Positions 10,961 through 21,735 of a stretch of DNA of 38,400 nucleotides are shown one piece after another (the first letter of the stretch is position 1; the number at the start of each line of letters is the position of its first letter). The notes under the pieces are model-generated. The model was not told where the DNA came from, made no database searches, and worked only from the letters and a program-made list of their open reading frames with translations. The position numbers and the translations under genes are program-made. Origin of the DNA: Octopus sinensis (lineage: Eukaryota); contig NW_021835752.1 of NCBI RefSeq assembly GCF_006345805.1, forward strand, positions 1 through 38,400, written 5' to 3'.

Positions 10961-11034
<74 letters not shown>

Positions 11035-11035
<1 letters not shown>

Positions 11036-11290
11036 AATACAAAATGGGACATGAACGCAAAACATATACGATACGAAAAACACGGACGGGTAATTTGAAG
11101 CCTTTATTCTTCAGTCAAGAACCGGATCATCCTCGCAATTTTGGCTGATTAATATCTTGAGATTGCTCCAATCTGGCCAGCTCCAAGGAAAAACTAAGCT
11201 AAGAGCATTAGATTCCTTGGAAAAAAAAGCTTCGAGTGTATACAAAAAAAGAACGGACAAACGGACGACGTTACACGAGTATAAATACAA
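11035..11290 (-). repeat. Unclassified (TA)n/(AAT)n-flanked repeat
   Basis: Complex sequence between two microsatellites, with an internal TTCCAAGGAA/TTCCTTGGA inverted repeat and an isolated CTGAAGA (11108-11114, -). Confidence 0.3.
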
Positions 11291-11328
11291 AAATAATACA
11301 AAAACACAATAACAATAATAATAATAAT

Positions 11329-11377
<49 letters not shown>

Positions 11378-11432
11378 GGACATAACAACAGGCGTCTTTC
11401 GACTGCAGACGATATATATATATATATATATA

Positions 11433-11605
11433 TACACGAGAGGATGCTGTGTAAAGTTCCTTGCTTTGGGTAAAAGAAAATGCAAGAGATCAGTTATTTA
11501 TGATTTTATTGAACACATTCCCCTCTCAGATTCACACATTTATTGCAGCGGTCCTTCAGTTTTTCTAAGCCCTGTAAAGAGAACTTGAAAGTTGGCCCTC
11601 TAACA
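11433..11605 (-). mobile_element. mariner-derived MITE, second copy (partial)
   Basis: Reverse complement of 1790-1972, including the GLEKLKDRCNKCVNLRG..VQ* coding remnant. Confidence 0.75.
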
Positions 11606-11785
11606 AATAATAACTAATGATATAATAATTATGAGTGAAATACATTATTTCATCATTCAAAAATTAATAATAAAACACTATCCAGTTAAAAGAAGAAAAG
11701 AAGAGGTATGTCCTTGGATGCAACCATACCTTCACGAGGTTAACATATCAACCAATTAAATTTATATAAATATATATAGATGTAT

Positions 11786-11983
11786 GGAGATGTACTTGCA
11801 TAGCAAGTGACCTGACCTGAGATCGTGTGCGGAAACAAAAACAATTGCAGAGAGGATTGTGTTTACAAGTCATTTAAGAACACAAAACCGTTAGATTCAC
11901 TTCAACGTTTAAATTTAATTTGTGTCAAAATATTTTCGTCGCTTTGAAACCGCGATCTGTTCACAGACTAAATTCCATGCCGC

Positions 11984-11984
<1 letters not shown>
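11786..11984 (-). mobile_element. Family H2 element with hammerhead-like fold (G3:C8)
   Basis: Homologous to 20355-20571 (+). The minus strand at 11924-11968 reads GTCT-GTGAACA-G-ATCGC-GGTTTCAAA-GCGAC-GAA-AATATT-T-TGAC. Confidence 0.6.
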
Positions 11985-12019
<35 letters not shown>

Positions 12020-12036
12020 ATGCATATATATCTCTA

Positions 12037-12077
<41 letters not shown>

Positions 12078-12129
12078 AATATACATACATATACATACCT
12101 ACATATATATGTATATACACATGCATATA

Positions 12130-12305
12130 TGGGTACAGGACGTCAAAAAACCGTGAACAAAATGAAAAACGAGAATATAAAAAAACAAAAACTTAGAAAA
12201 CGAACTTTTTTCGAACAACGAAAGAAACAAATAGAGAAACGAGACAGGCAACATAAAGAACATCCCCTTCATCAATTGTCCCCTGTTTTACCTACTCCGA
12301 GTTTT
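12130..12305 (-). repeat. Family H4 copy
   Basis: Aligns with 513-670. The minus strand has GACAATTGATGAAGGGGATGTTC. Confidence 0.5.
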
Positions 12306-12344
12306 GATTTTTGTTATCTATCTATCTATCTATCTATCTATCTG

Positions 12345-12385
<41 letters not shown>

Positions 12386-12562
12386 ATTATCTATCTATCT
12401 ATCTATATATTATATATATATTATATATATATATTATATATATATATAATATATATAATAACAAATCAAAATGGATGACAGATTATCGTAGGTCAAGTTC
12501 CTTTGTCATGGGAGTACAAAATACATAAGAAGTTCATCGAGAAAATAGGTTTGAAGCGCTCA

Positions 12563-12820
12563 GCTGGCAGAAACGTTAGCATGCCGGGCGAAATGCGTAG
12601 CCGTATTTCGTCTGTATTTGTGTCTGTGTTTGTCCCGCCACCATCGCTTGACAACCGATGCTGGCGTGTTTACGTCCCTGTAGACCAGCGGTTCGGCAAA
12701 GGAGACCGATAAGATAAGTACCAGGCTTACAAAGAATAAGTCCTGGGGTCGATTTGTTTTACTAAAGGCGGTGCCCCTGCATGGCCGCAGTCAAATGACA
12801 GAAACAAGTGAAAGAATAAA
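12563..12820 (+). mobile_element. Chimeric SINE: family A head (~55 nt) fused to family B 3' domain
   Basis: AGCTGGCAGAAACGTTAGCATGCCGGGCGAAATGCGTAGCCGTATTTCGTCTG, then TATTTGTGTCTGTGTTTGTCCC...GCATGGCCGCAGTCAAATGACAGAAACAAGTGAAAGA. Confidence 0.8.
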
Positions 12821-13752
12821 ATACTAAATCAACAAAGACGTTGCTGGATGGCGATTTAGCTGCTATTTCCAGCAGGTTGTCGTTTGTCCACACCGAAGGG
12901 CCTCCCCCATTCCCTTGTTAGCATGTCGTGGTGATAGCAGTGACAACGGGGAAGGGGATGCAGAGAAGATAACGTGAGTAGTTATCGTGTTTAATGGCTG
13001 ATACGAAACAACGTCCTCGTTTAATAGTTTCGGGGGTTTCTTCTGTCTCGCAAAAACAAAAGCAAAGACAACAAAACGGTTTTATGGTCGTTGACGTTTT
13101 GTTGCTACTGTTGTCGTTCGCTGGAGATAATTTACTTGTTGCTGCAGGGGTGGGGTGGGGGTTAGGAGGGGGGGGTAGCGGTTGTGGGGGTGGGGGCTGG
13201 TGTCGGGGGGGAATGTTGAAATCTACCCATTAAAATCAATTAATGAATGCGTTTGCTATCTTCCATGGGTCTTGTTGATTCTTGTACATGTATGTGTGTG
13301 TTTGTGTGTGTATATATGTATGTATATATATATATATACATATATATATGTATATGTTTGTGTATAGGTATATATATATATATACATATATATATATGTT
13401 TGTGTGTATATATATATATATATATATACACACAAACATATATATATGTATATATATATATACCTATACACAAACATATATATATATGTATATATATGTG
13501 TGTGTGTGTTTGTGCGTGTGCAAATGAGAGGGTAAGGAAGATGGACGTTCATGATTTATTTAAAACATTTATGAAGCAACACGATATGTATGTATGTATT
13601 TGTATGGCTCTGTGTATGCGTGTATATCACGTCGAACGCACATCTTATAAAGAAAGATACACGAATATATGTATATCTATCTATCTATCTATCTGTCTGT
13701 ATGTATATATATATATGTATATATATACATATATATACATACATACATACAT

Positions 13753-13804
<52 letters not shown>

Positions 13805-13861
13805 ATGTATGTATGTATGTATGTATGTATGTATGTATGTATGTATATATATGTATTATGT

Positions 13862-14480
13862 TAGGTCACTTTCGTTTGCTGCTGGTAACATGTAACCCAG
13901 TACAACCTGTTGTATGGTCGGGCCGTCGGCGTCTAAACCGGCAACCCCACCAAGCTTGCTTGGTGAGGAGGGTGTTTATTGGACACCCTGCGGTATGAAA
14001 AACAAAACCCGTCAAAGGGCGGAGGAACTCTTGAGAGTCAACTGCCATCTAATAAATGTGTATTTTTTTTTTAAGGCTTAAGGCTGTATCATGCGCGGGG
14101 ATATAGAAATAATCGGACTGAATACCCGATCACGCGGTTAAACCATTGGGAGTGAAGGACTCCTAGCCTTTGTTAGGGCATCCTTCTAGGAGAAGGTAAC
14201 TCAGGAAACTGGGATAACTCCGACATAAAACCTGCGGCTCAGTGGTTACCGATGATGTTGACTTGTTCTTTTCGGATTATGGCTGCTGTTGCTTAGTGAG
14301 TGGGATTGACTCAGTGCACAGCCTTTCCTCACTTTAAAAAAATCTTCCTGCACAGGCACTGCACGATAGCAACATTGTTCATGATTGTTGATAGTGCTGT
14401 GAGTCTCAACTGAATAGCTGGCTGTAGCCTTAAAAAGCTAATAAAAGTCACATTCGATCACAGCACCAATAACAGTTAAG
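13862..14480 (+). mobile_element. Probable RTE-clade LINE 5' UTR remnant (structured, possible HDV-like ribozyme remnant)
   Basis: GGGCATCCTTCTAGGAGAAGGTAACTC (14176-14202)...AAACCTGCGGC resembles recalled RTE 5' UTR motifs. Clustered hairpins at 13948-14038. No ORF follows. Confidence 0.4.
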
Positions 14481-14531
14481 CTTCGTGCAATGGCCATACT
14501 CGATAACGAGGGGGAAGCCATCATATATATG

Positions 14532-14608
<77 letters not shown>

Positions 14609-14816
14609 ATTATCTATCTATATATTTGTATTATATAACAAAAAAAAAGAAACTTCACGTATAATACATGACTTGGAGGCTGCGCTGCGGATTTGCCAAC
14701 ACACACGAGCTTAAGACATGCACTTCTCATGAGGAATTCTGGAAGGAGCTTCGTGAGACCACTGCAGAGACGCTTTCGGAAAAAATTTCAGTAACCGTTA
14801 GAAAACCGATTATAGC

Positions 14817-15055
14817 AGTGACTCGATCAATTCCTAGGGATATCTGAAGAAATAATCTTTATATTCCAAAATATTGTTATATCAGACTACGGATAGTTAA
14901 ATTATAACATTTATTATAGTCCACTCTGCATTATTGGGCCATTCAAAACACGTTATATTTTATAATAGGATATTTTAAACATTGGCCCTGAGGGTCCATC
15001 TGGGTATAATAGGAATCATAGGGGTCCATAGATAAAAAATGGTTGAGAAATATTG
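14817..15055. mobile_element. Possible degenerate hAT-type MITE
   Basis: The right end GGGGTCCATAGATAAAAAATGGTTGAGAAATATTG resembles hAT termini (CAGTGKTTCTCAACC). The left TIR is not clearly recognisable. Confidence 0.3.
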
Positions 15056-15586
15056 AGTTAGACTACTTTAAAAAAGGGCGATCTAAAGTGGAAGGTTATT
15101 ATCAAAAAGGGGTTGATGTCCCTTAGGCTAGTCGGCCACGCCAGCGAGAAAATAAGAGGGAATAAGTGTAAGAAATACTTGTGTGTGTGTGTCTGTGTTG
15201 GTTCTAAGATGTGAAAAGATGAGAAAACTAGCAGCTCTTTGGGTCGAGACCCCTAACTTTCTGACTGTCTCTTTTATGAGTTTGGGTTCGCTCATCACTT
15301 CTGGCCATTATTAAGAAGATTCTGACCAAGGCCAGGCTCAAAACATAGCTTCAGTCAATATATGTGAATATCACACCAGAGTCACAATATGGTGGTGTGT
15401 GTGGGTGGGGGTGGGTGATGGAAAGTATTATCAAAGGTTTCAGCCCTGTGGTGGGGAAATGTAAGAATCAATACCACCAAAACCTTTATCAATGTAGATT
15501 TGCTGAAGGTTTTCGACTTTTAAAACGGAACTTCTTTACGTGAATGACTGGCACACACAGAATGCCCCAAAGAACCATAAATGGAA

Positions 15587-15782
15587 TTAGTAGTAGTAGT
15601 AGTAGTAGTAGTAGTATAGTAGTAGTAGTAGTAGTAGGAGTAGTGTAGTTGTAGCAGTAGTAGTAGCAGCAGTAGTAGTAGTAATAGTAGTAGCAGTAGT
15701 AGTAGTAGTAGTAATAGTAGTAGCAGTAGTTTTAGTAGTAGTAGTAGTGGTAGTAGTACTGTTAGAAGTAGTAGTAGTGGTT

Positions 15783-15821
<39 letters not shown>

Positions 15822-15890
15822 ATAGTAGTAGTGGTGGTAGTAGTAGTAGTAGTGGTAGTAGTAGTAGTAGTAGTAGTGGTAGTAGTGGTG
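15587..15890. repeat. (AGT)n microsatellite
   Basis: Directly visible. Confidence 0.95.
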
Positions 15891-16269
15891 GCGTTATGTT
15901 AAGAGCTTGTAGTGTGAAGAGCTTGGTCTTTAGAACAGCTTATAGCAGAGAATTTGAGGGCGAACTAGAGAGAATGAGAGAGGGGGGGAGAGAAAGAGAG
16001 ACATAATGACATAAAGACATAGAGAGAGAGAGACAGGGAGACAGGGTGACAGACAGACACAAAAGAGACAAAGAGATGAGAGGAAATTAAATGTCGGCCA
16101 ACATTAAGAAGCGTTGGTGTAAAACGCGACACTTTTCGTTTCCATTGATGTCCGCCATTTTTGTCGTTTGCCGAACCAACGAGAGACAGTGTGAAAGGAA
16201 GCCAGCCTTGCGCACTAAATCATTTATACCCCAAGGTGAACGAACACACGCTTGCACTCTCACATGCGT

Positions 16270-16293
16270 GGAAGCCCGTCGTGTATACGTGTG

Positions 16294-16345
<52 letters not shown>

Positions 16346-16537
16346 TGTGTCCCCCTCCATCACCGCTTGACAACCAGTGTTGGTCTTTGACGCCCTTGTA
16401 ATATAGCGGTTCGGCAAAAAAGACCGATAGAATAAGTACCGGGTTTAAAAAGCATACTGGGGTCAATGAATTCGACTAAAATTCTTCAAGGTGGTGCCCC
16501 AGCATAGCCGCAGTCTAATGACTGAAACAAGTAAAAA
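16270..16537 (+). mobile_element. SINE family B 3' portion with internal (GT)n
   Basis: GAAGCCCGTCG-(GT)n-GTCCCCC..CGCTTGACAACC..AGCGGTTCGGCAAAAAAGACCGATAGAATAAGTACC..GCCGCAGTCTAATGACTGAAACAAGTAAAA. Confidence 0.85.
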
Positions 16538-16830
16538 CTACAAGATGGCGGTAACCACACCGTGTTGTAGGTGTATCAAGGACTACATTATCTAATGTGC
16601 ACTTCCTTTTTTGCCTCTAAGTGCAATTTCAGAAAGATTTGATTGCTACTTCTAAAAGATCGATGGACTAATTAGGGGTCACGGGACATAACATAATTAG
16701 CAAAGAGGTCATAAAAAAAAGTCCAAGGGCTGTCAACGTCCTAATAAGAACAACAACAATAATGATGATAATCCTGATCTTAACCGATTAGAAGGTGTTA
16801 TCATGTACACGTTTTGTCTTTGTGTAAAAG

Positions 16831-17305
16831 ATGGGTTACAACAAATATTCTGCTCAATACCACAGATTTGCTTGTCAGCTGCTTGCCCTTAACCAGTTGA
16901 GCATGTCCCTTAATAGCTGACGATATGTGCATCTCTGATCACGAATAGGATTAATGGCGGAGCATCACAGCCGTATGTTGAGAGGAATTCTTAGGGGTTT
17001 GAATAACTCAGCCCTGAAAACATGGGTATTTTGTACATTATCCTTAAACAAACCTTATTCATGGACATTTTGAGCAGAATGGGGCCCTCGACCTGAAGAA
17101 AATTCTAAATGGGGCCCACCTGCAAGGTCATGCGCTGTTTGTCTTGATATGAGAACACCATGTCGGGCGCATATGGTTGTGATGCATGTGCCTGGTGTAC
17201 CCTTATCAGACAGGTTGTCATGATGGGTTTACTGGGCTTCGTATATTTGTAATCAGCGTTGCCTTGGTGATCTGTGCTGCTCTCTCACTCAATAATGATA
17301 ATAAT
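16831..17305 (+). repeat. Dispersed repeat family E (~475 bp, (AAT)n tail, class unknown)
   Basis: Colinear with 35469-35850 (CAAATATTCTGCTCAATA..GCATGTCCCTTAAT..GGTTGTGATGCATGTGCCT..CTCACTCAATA). Confidence 0.8.
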
Positions 17306-17316
17306 AGCATTTTCTT

Positions 17317-17592
17317 ATGATCGGTACAAGGTCTGAAGTTTGATGGTCTTGGGTTAGACGATTGCATCAACCCCAGTATTAAACTGGTACTTATTCTATC
17401 GGCCCCGAAATGATCGGTACAAGGTCTGAAGTTTGATGGTCTTGGGTTAGACGATTGCATCAACCCCAGTATTAAACTGGTACTTATTCTATCGGCCCCG
17501 AAATGATGAAAGGCAAAATCGACCTCGTTGCAGTTCAAGTCACAGCATAAAGCCGAACGAAATAACGCTAAGCATTTTGTTCGGCGTGCAAG
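17317..17592 (-). mobile_element. SINE family A (A2 tail) carrying a perfect 93-bp tandem duplication
   Basis: 17317-17409 is identical to 17410-17502, followed by ATGAAAGGCAAAATCGACCTCG and a diverged head. Confidence 0.85.
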
Positions 17593-17609
17593 CAATTAAT
17601 AATTCTTTA

Positions 17610-17790
17610 CAAAAGGCTTGAAATTCTCTGGACGGTTTCATTGATTGCATTGACACCAATACTCAACTTTGTTCGTCCTGAAAGGATGAAAGACTAAGTA
17701 GACCTCGGCGGGATTTGAACTCATAACGTCAAGCTGGAGGACATGCCACTAAGCATTTCGTCCGGTGTGCTAACGATTCTGCCAGCTTGC
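17610..17790 (-). mobile_element. SINE family A (diverged)
   Basis: GAAAGGATGAAAGACTAAGTAGACCTCGGCGGGATTTGAACTCA..AAGCATTTCGTCCGGTGTGCTAACGATTCTGCCAGCT. Confidence 0.8.
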
Positions 17791-18243
17791 CAGCTTGCAC
17801 GAGTTATATAATGTCAGTTAATAATCGACTTAAAATATCGTTTACTTAATTACTTTTAACTATAATTTTCGCTATTTAATGAATTAAAAATATTTTATCA
17901 GTTAATTAGCCACTTAAAACATTGTTTAATTACATAATATATTATTTTCGTCGTGTCAATGAATTGCGACATTTTCCCTCCGGTGACTTCAATTTTCGCA
18001 GTAAAAAAACAAAAAAACAAAAAGAAAAAAATGGTGACCGTTTCGAATTTTTATATTTTCGTAACAGGGTCAATAAACAGCCAACACCCGCTTTTCTACT
18101 CCCCCTATCTCTCCTTCTTTCTCCCTCTCTTTCTCTTTCTCACTCCCCCTCTCCCTCCCTTACACACGCACACACATCCGGTGTAGATCTAAATGGAGCT
18201 GGCTACGTATCTTCACTCATAGCATTTCTCTGACTATAGACTC

Positions 18244-18289
<46 letters not shown>

Positions 18290-18649
18290 TAGAGGAAAAC
18301 CAATATGTGGACACCCTTATGCTAGAAATAGATCCGCTATGAAATGGTTTCCCTCATATATGTATATAATACAATTTTACTGAAACTTTAGTTTTTTTAT
18401 ATGCTAGACCACTGGTGTGAAATCGATGTTAATTAAATTAATATCTAATTTCTCACCCTCATTTTAAATATATATATATATATCGTTTTTGGATTTGGTT
18501 TGCAACGGTCAGATCAAGACTATTGAAAGGGTTGCAAGACGCAACGAAAATTTTAGGAAAATAAAAGTAAGAAAAAAAGTGGAAATTTTACCGGTGAGTG
18601 TGTTACATAATAAGGCACAAAAAGAAAATGACTCTCCCCAGACACAGCA

Positions 18650-18722
<73 letters not shown>

Positions 18723-18723
<1 letters not shown>

Positions 18724-18845
18724 TCTTTTATTCTTCTACTTTCTTCAGTCATGGGACTGCGGCCATACTGGAGCACCGCCTTCTTCAGTGAATTACACAA
18801 ACAAATCGAACCCAGTACATGCCTTAAGTCTTGTACTTATTGCAA
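18723..18845 (-). mobile_element. SINE family B 3' fragment
   Basis: CAGTCATGGGACTGCGGCCATACTGGAGCACCGCC..ATCGAACCCAGTAC. Confidence 0.75.
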
Positions 18846-20259
18846 AACGATGGGCAAACAAAAGACGTACTGCGCGCTCACAGCGTAAAGATATGTAACT
18901 AAATACAGTCCGTTCACGAAATTGTTCGCATGACCCACTGATAGAACCAATTCAATGCCATTTTGGTGTTTATGATACATTGATGTATGTAATTTGAAGT
19001 GTAGCGGGGGTTAGAATGACTCCAGGGGAGGGGGGAATAGAATCATTAAATCAAATCCGTATATAACAGGTATTTATTTTATCGACCCTGGTGTGTGGAA
19101 GCTGAAGCCGGCTTTGGCAGGCAATCGAATTGAGAAAGTGTTTAAGAATGCAGAATTGAGATACAGATTCTGTTTCTTTAAAAAACTGACACAGAAAATG
19201 TAATTCTAATTATACATAAAGAGGTGATGGTCACCGTTAGACCACATTTTGCTAAAGATCTGCTCCGTCGAGCCTCACCTAGGGGTGAAACAATCTAACT
19301 AACGGTGTCAACAGGGACTGTTAAAGAGAGCGCGCGAATGTGTAACTAAGTAGTCATCTGAAGTATTAGAAATAGCAGTCAAATCTTTAAAAAAAAACAA
19401 AATAACAAAAAGTAATGGCACATTTTAGAGGAAACTAAATACTACACATTCCACCATTTTTTCCCGCCGTTCTGTTCACTTTACCGAATTCACCGCCATT
19501 TCTAATGCTTATAACACATCGCTGTATATAACATAAATATATAAATACGATGAAGTGAAGTCTCGTAGATAGAAATAAATGTACAACGCTACACTTGCTT
19601 TTCTCCATGTGAGAAGAAAAGGCTTTATTATATGCTGATGACACCTCGACAAGCCGTTGCCAATATCAGTCGTACAAACGTCTCGCGGGTGTACAATAAC
19701 GTCGGATTTTTTTTCTTTCTTCTATGCATTTATCCTGATCAAATATGAGCAAAAGCTGCACTCCTATTGATGTCCAGTGCAATTTGGTAATGATCACACT
19801 TACAAATCGATTTTTTTTTTGCTCTCACACAACAAACAAAGGTCATACAGACAATCATATCACATTTTACCCCTCCTTTGAAGGCTATCGCTGTTTCTCT
19901 GTTTCTCTGCTTCTTCGTTTTGTCGTCTGATAGTTCTGATTAGGTAGGTCGGTTGTTTGCTAATGGATGTGTTAATGAGCGTCTTTTCAAGCTATTCAGA
20001 GCAAAGTAACCACACGGCCAAACCACCCACCAACATCATCACCATCACCTCCATCACCACCGCTGTCGCCGCTGCCATCCTCTCACACACTAAATCTGTC
20101 CATGCCAACTTCTTCCTCTTATCAGTGAATTGGCAAAGTTGATAGAACACACGGTTGCAAATGGATTGTGGAATTTGCTGCGGCTCTCGAAGTTCGAGTC
20201 TCACCACTGTCAACTTTTCACTTTGCTACGATAAAGAAAACACAAATCTATTTATTTTT

Positions 20260-20571
20260 AAACAATTACAGCGTGGAAGGTGTTTATAAGCCATTTAAGA
20301 AACACACAAAAACCGTTAAATTCACTTCAACTTTTAAATTTAATTTGTCAAAATTAATTCCTTTCCTCCGTGCAGCACGAAGTTTTGTCAGTGAAGAGGT
20401 CGCGGTCTCAAAGCGACGAAAATATTTTGACAAATTAAACTTAAATGTTGAAGTGAATCTAACGGTTTTTGTATATTTCTTAAATGGCTTATAAACACTT
20501 TCCACGCTGCAATTGTTTTCGTTCCGGTACACGATCTCAGATCAAGTCACTCGCTATGCAAGTACATCTCC
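20260..20571 (+). mobile_element. Family H2 element with 95-bp inverted duplication around a hammerhead-like core
   Basis: Arms 20260-20354 and 20424-20518. 20384-20434 reads TTTGTCA-GTGAAGA-G-GTCGC-GGTCTCAAA-GCGAC-GAA-AATATT-T-TGACAAA. Confidence 0.65.
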
Positions 20572-21179
20572 GTAATATTTATTTTTATCCTAAACAAAAA
20601 ACGCTGTCGTTGCTACCAACGGAAAACACTGATATTGGTCGCAGTTTGTTGTTCTTGGACAAAGTATGTTAGCATTGGCGGTCGTGAGTTTCTTGGTGTT
20701 AGCTGGTTCTAGTGAGTTGCTGCATTCCATTGTTTTTTGTGTTGTGACAGCGCTCTGGCCTGCTACTGGTTCTGCTGCTGTCGGATGATTGCCATCTTCT
20801 GGGTCCCATTCTGATAACTGCCGTCTGCTGTCTGTCCCTACTGGCTAAAATGCGCTGAATATATTCTGATGGCTTAGTGAATATATAGTGATGCCATAAA
20901 AAGCTCGTCAAAAATGAAATTGCTGTTAGATCCGGTTTCATACAAAGTCTTGAAAGGTCAAACTTTTTGATGCGTTGGTAATAGTTTAGTGAGTCACGAT
21001 CGTGTTCTTATGATATATTTTTATTTATATTTTTTCTTGCATTGGATATAGTGATCCGGGTTCGATTTTTCAGTTGCTGCATATTCCTGCGACAATTTCA
21101 ATCAGCGATTTGGCAAAGCTGATTAAAGGCAGAAATACCTTGCAAAATTGGTTCCACCGTTGTTATCTTTTACCCTTAA

Positions 21180-21735
21180 GCAGTGAATCGGCAGAAATAT
21201 CATGCAGATTTTTTTTTTCTGTAATCTCTTCTCTACGCTTTGAGTTCAAACTCCGCTGACGTCGACTTTTGACTTCCAGCAGCGATTCGACAACACTGAT
21301 AAAAGGCAACCAGAATTTTCCTGCGGCATTTTGCTGCGGTTATCTACGCGCCAAGTTCAAATCCCATCATAGCCAACTTTTGATTTTAAGCGACGATTTA
21401 GCAAATTTATCCGAACCTAAAATGAAAAACTTTGCTGCTATTATTTCAGCTCCCTGCACGCTGCGTTCAAATGCTGCCCATGCTAGTTTTTGCATTGAAG
21501 CGGCGATCTGGGCAAAACTGATAAAATGTAGCAAAATTTATCTTGCAGAATTTTGTTGCGGGTCTCTGCGTTCTGAGTTCAAATCTCGCTAATGTCAACT
21601 CTTACTTTTTATCCTTTCGGGGTCGATGAAATAGGGAGCCAATCCAGAATGGTTGAACTGGCGGAATTGTAAGAAACATAGATAAGATGCCTTGCGATAT
21701 TTGTTCCGGCGGCTCTTCACGTTCTGAGTTCTTCA
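21180..21735 (+). repeat. Diverged tandem array (~111-bp period) of SINE A heads
   Basis: GTTCAAA B-box-like motifs at 21244, 21355, 21465 and 21577 (spacing 111, 110, 112). The last unit continues into TATCCTTTCGGGGTCGATGAAATA. Confidence 0.7.

Larger units (their letters stand above)
10228..10965 (+). mobile_element. Non-autonomous hammerhead-bearing element (family H1, Penelope-like terminal-repeat/retrozyme type), permuted direct repeat plus 5' inverted copy
   Basis: 10228-10501 is the reverse complement of 10692-10965. 10501-10605 directly repeats 10863-10965 (period ~362 nt). (TA)n on both flanks, no ORF. Confidence 0.8.

Noticed and set aside
11085-11120. CTGAAGAATAAAGGCTTCAAATT (-) as a hammerhead
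   Set aside because: Stem II and GAAAC are not formed, and there is no second copy here to reconstruct a consensus.
17317-21735. CRISPR-like arrays at the 93-bp duplication and the 111-bp array
   Set aside because: Eukaryotic context, no short repeat with unique spacers and no cas genes. Both derive from SINE A.
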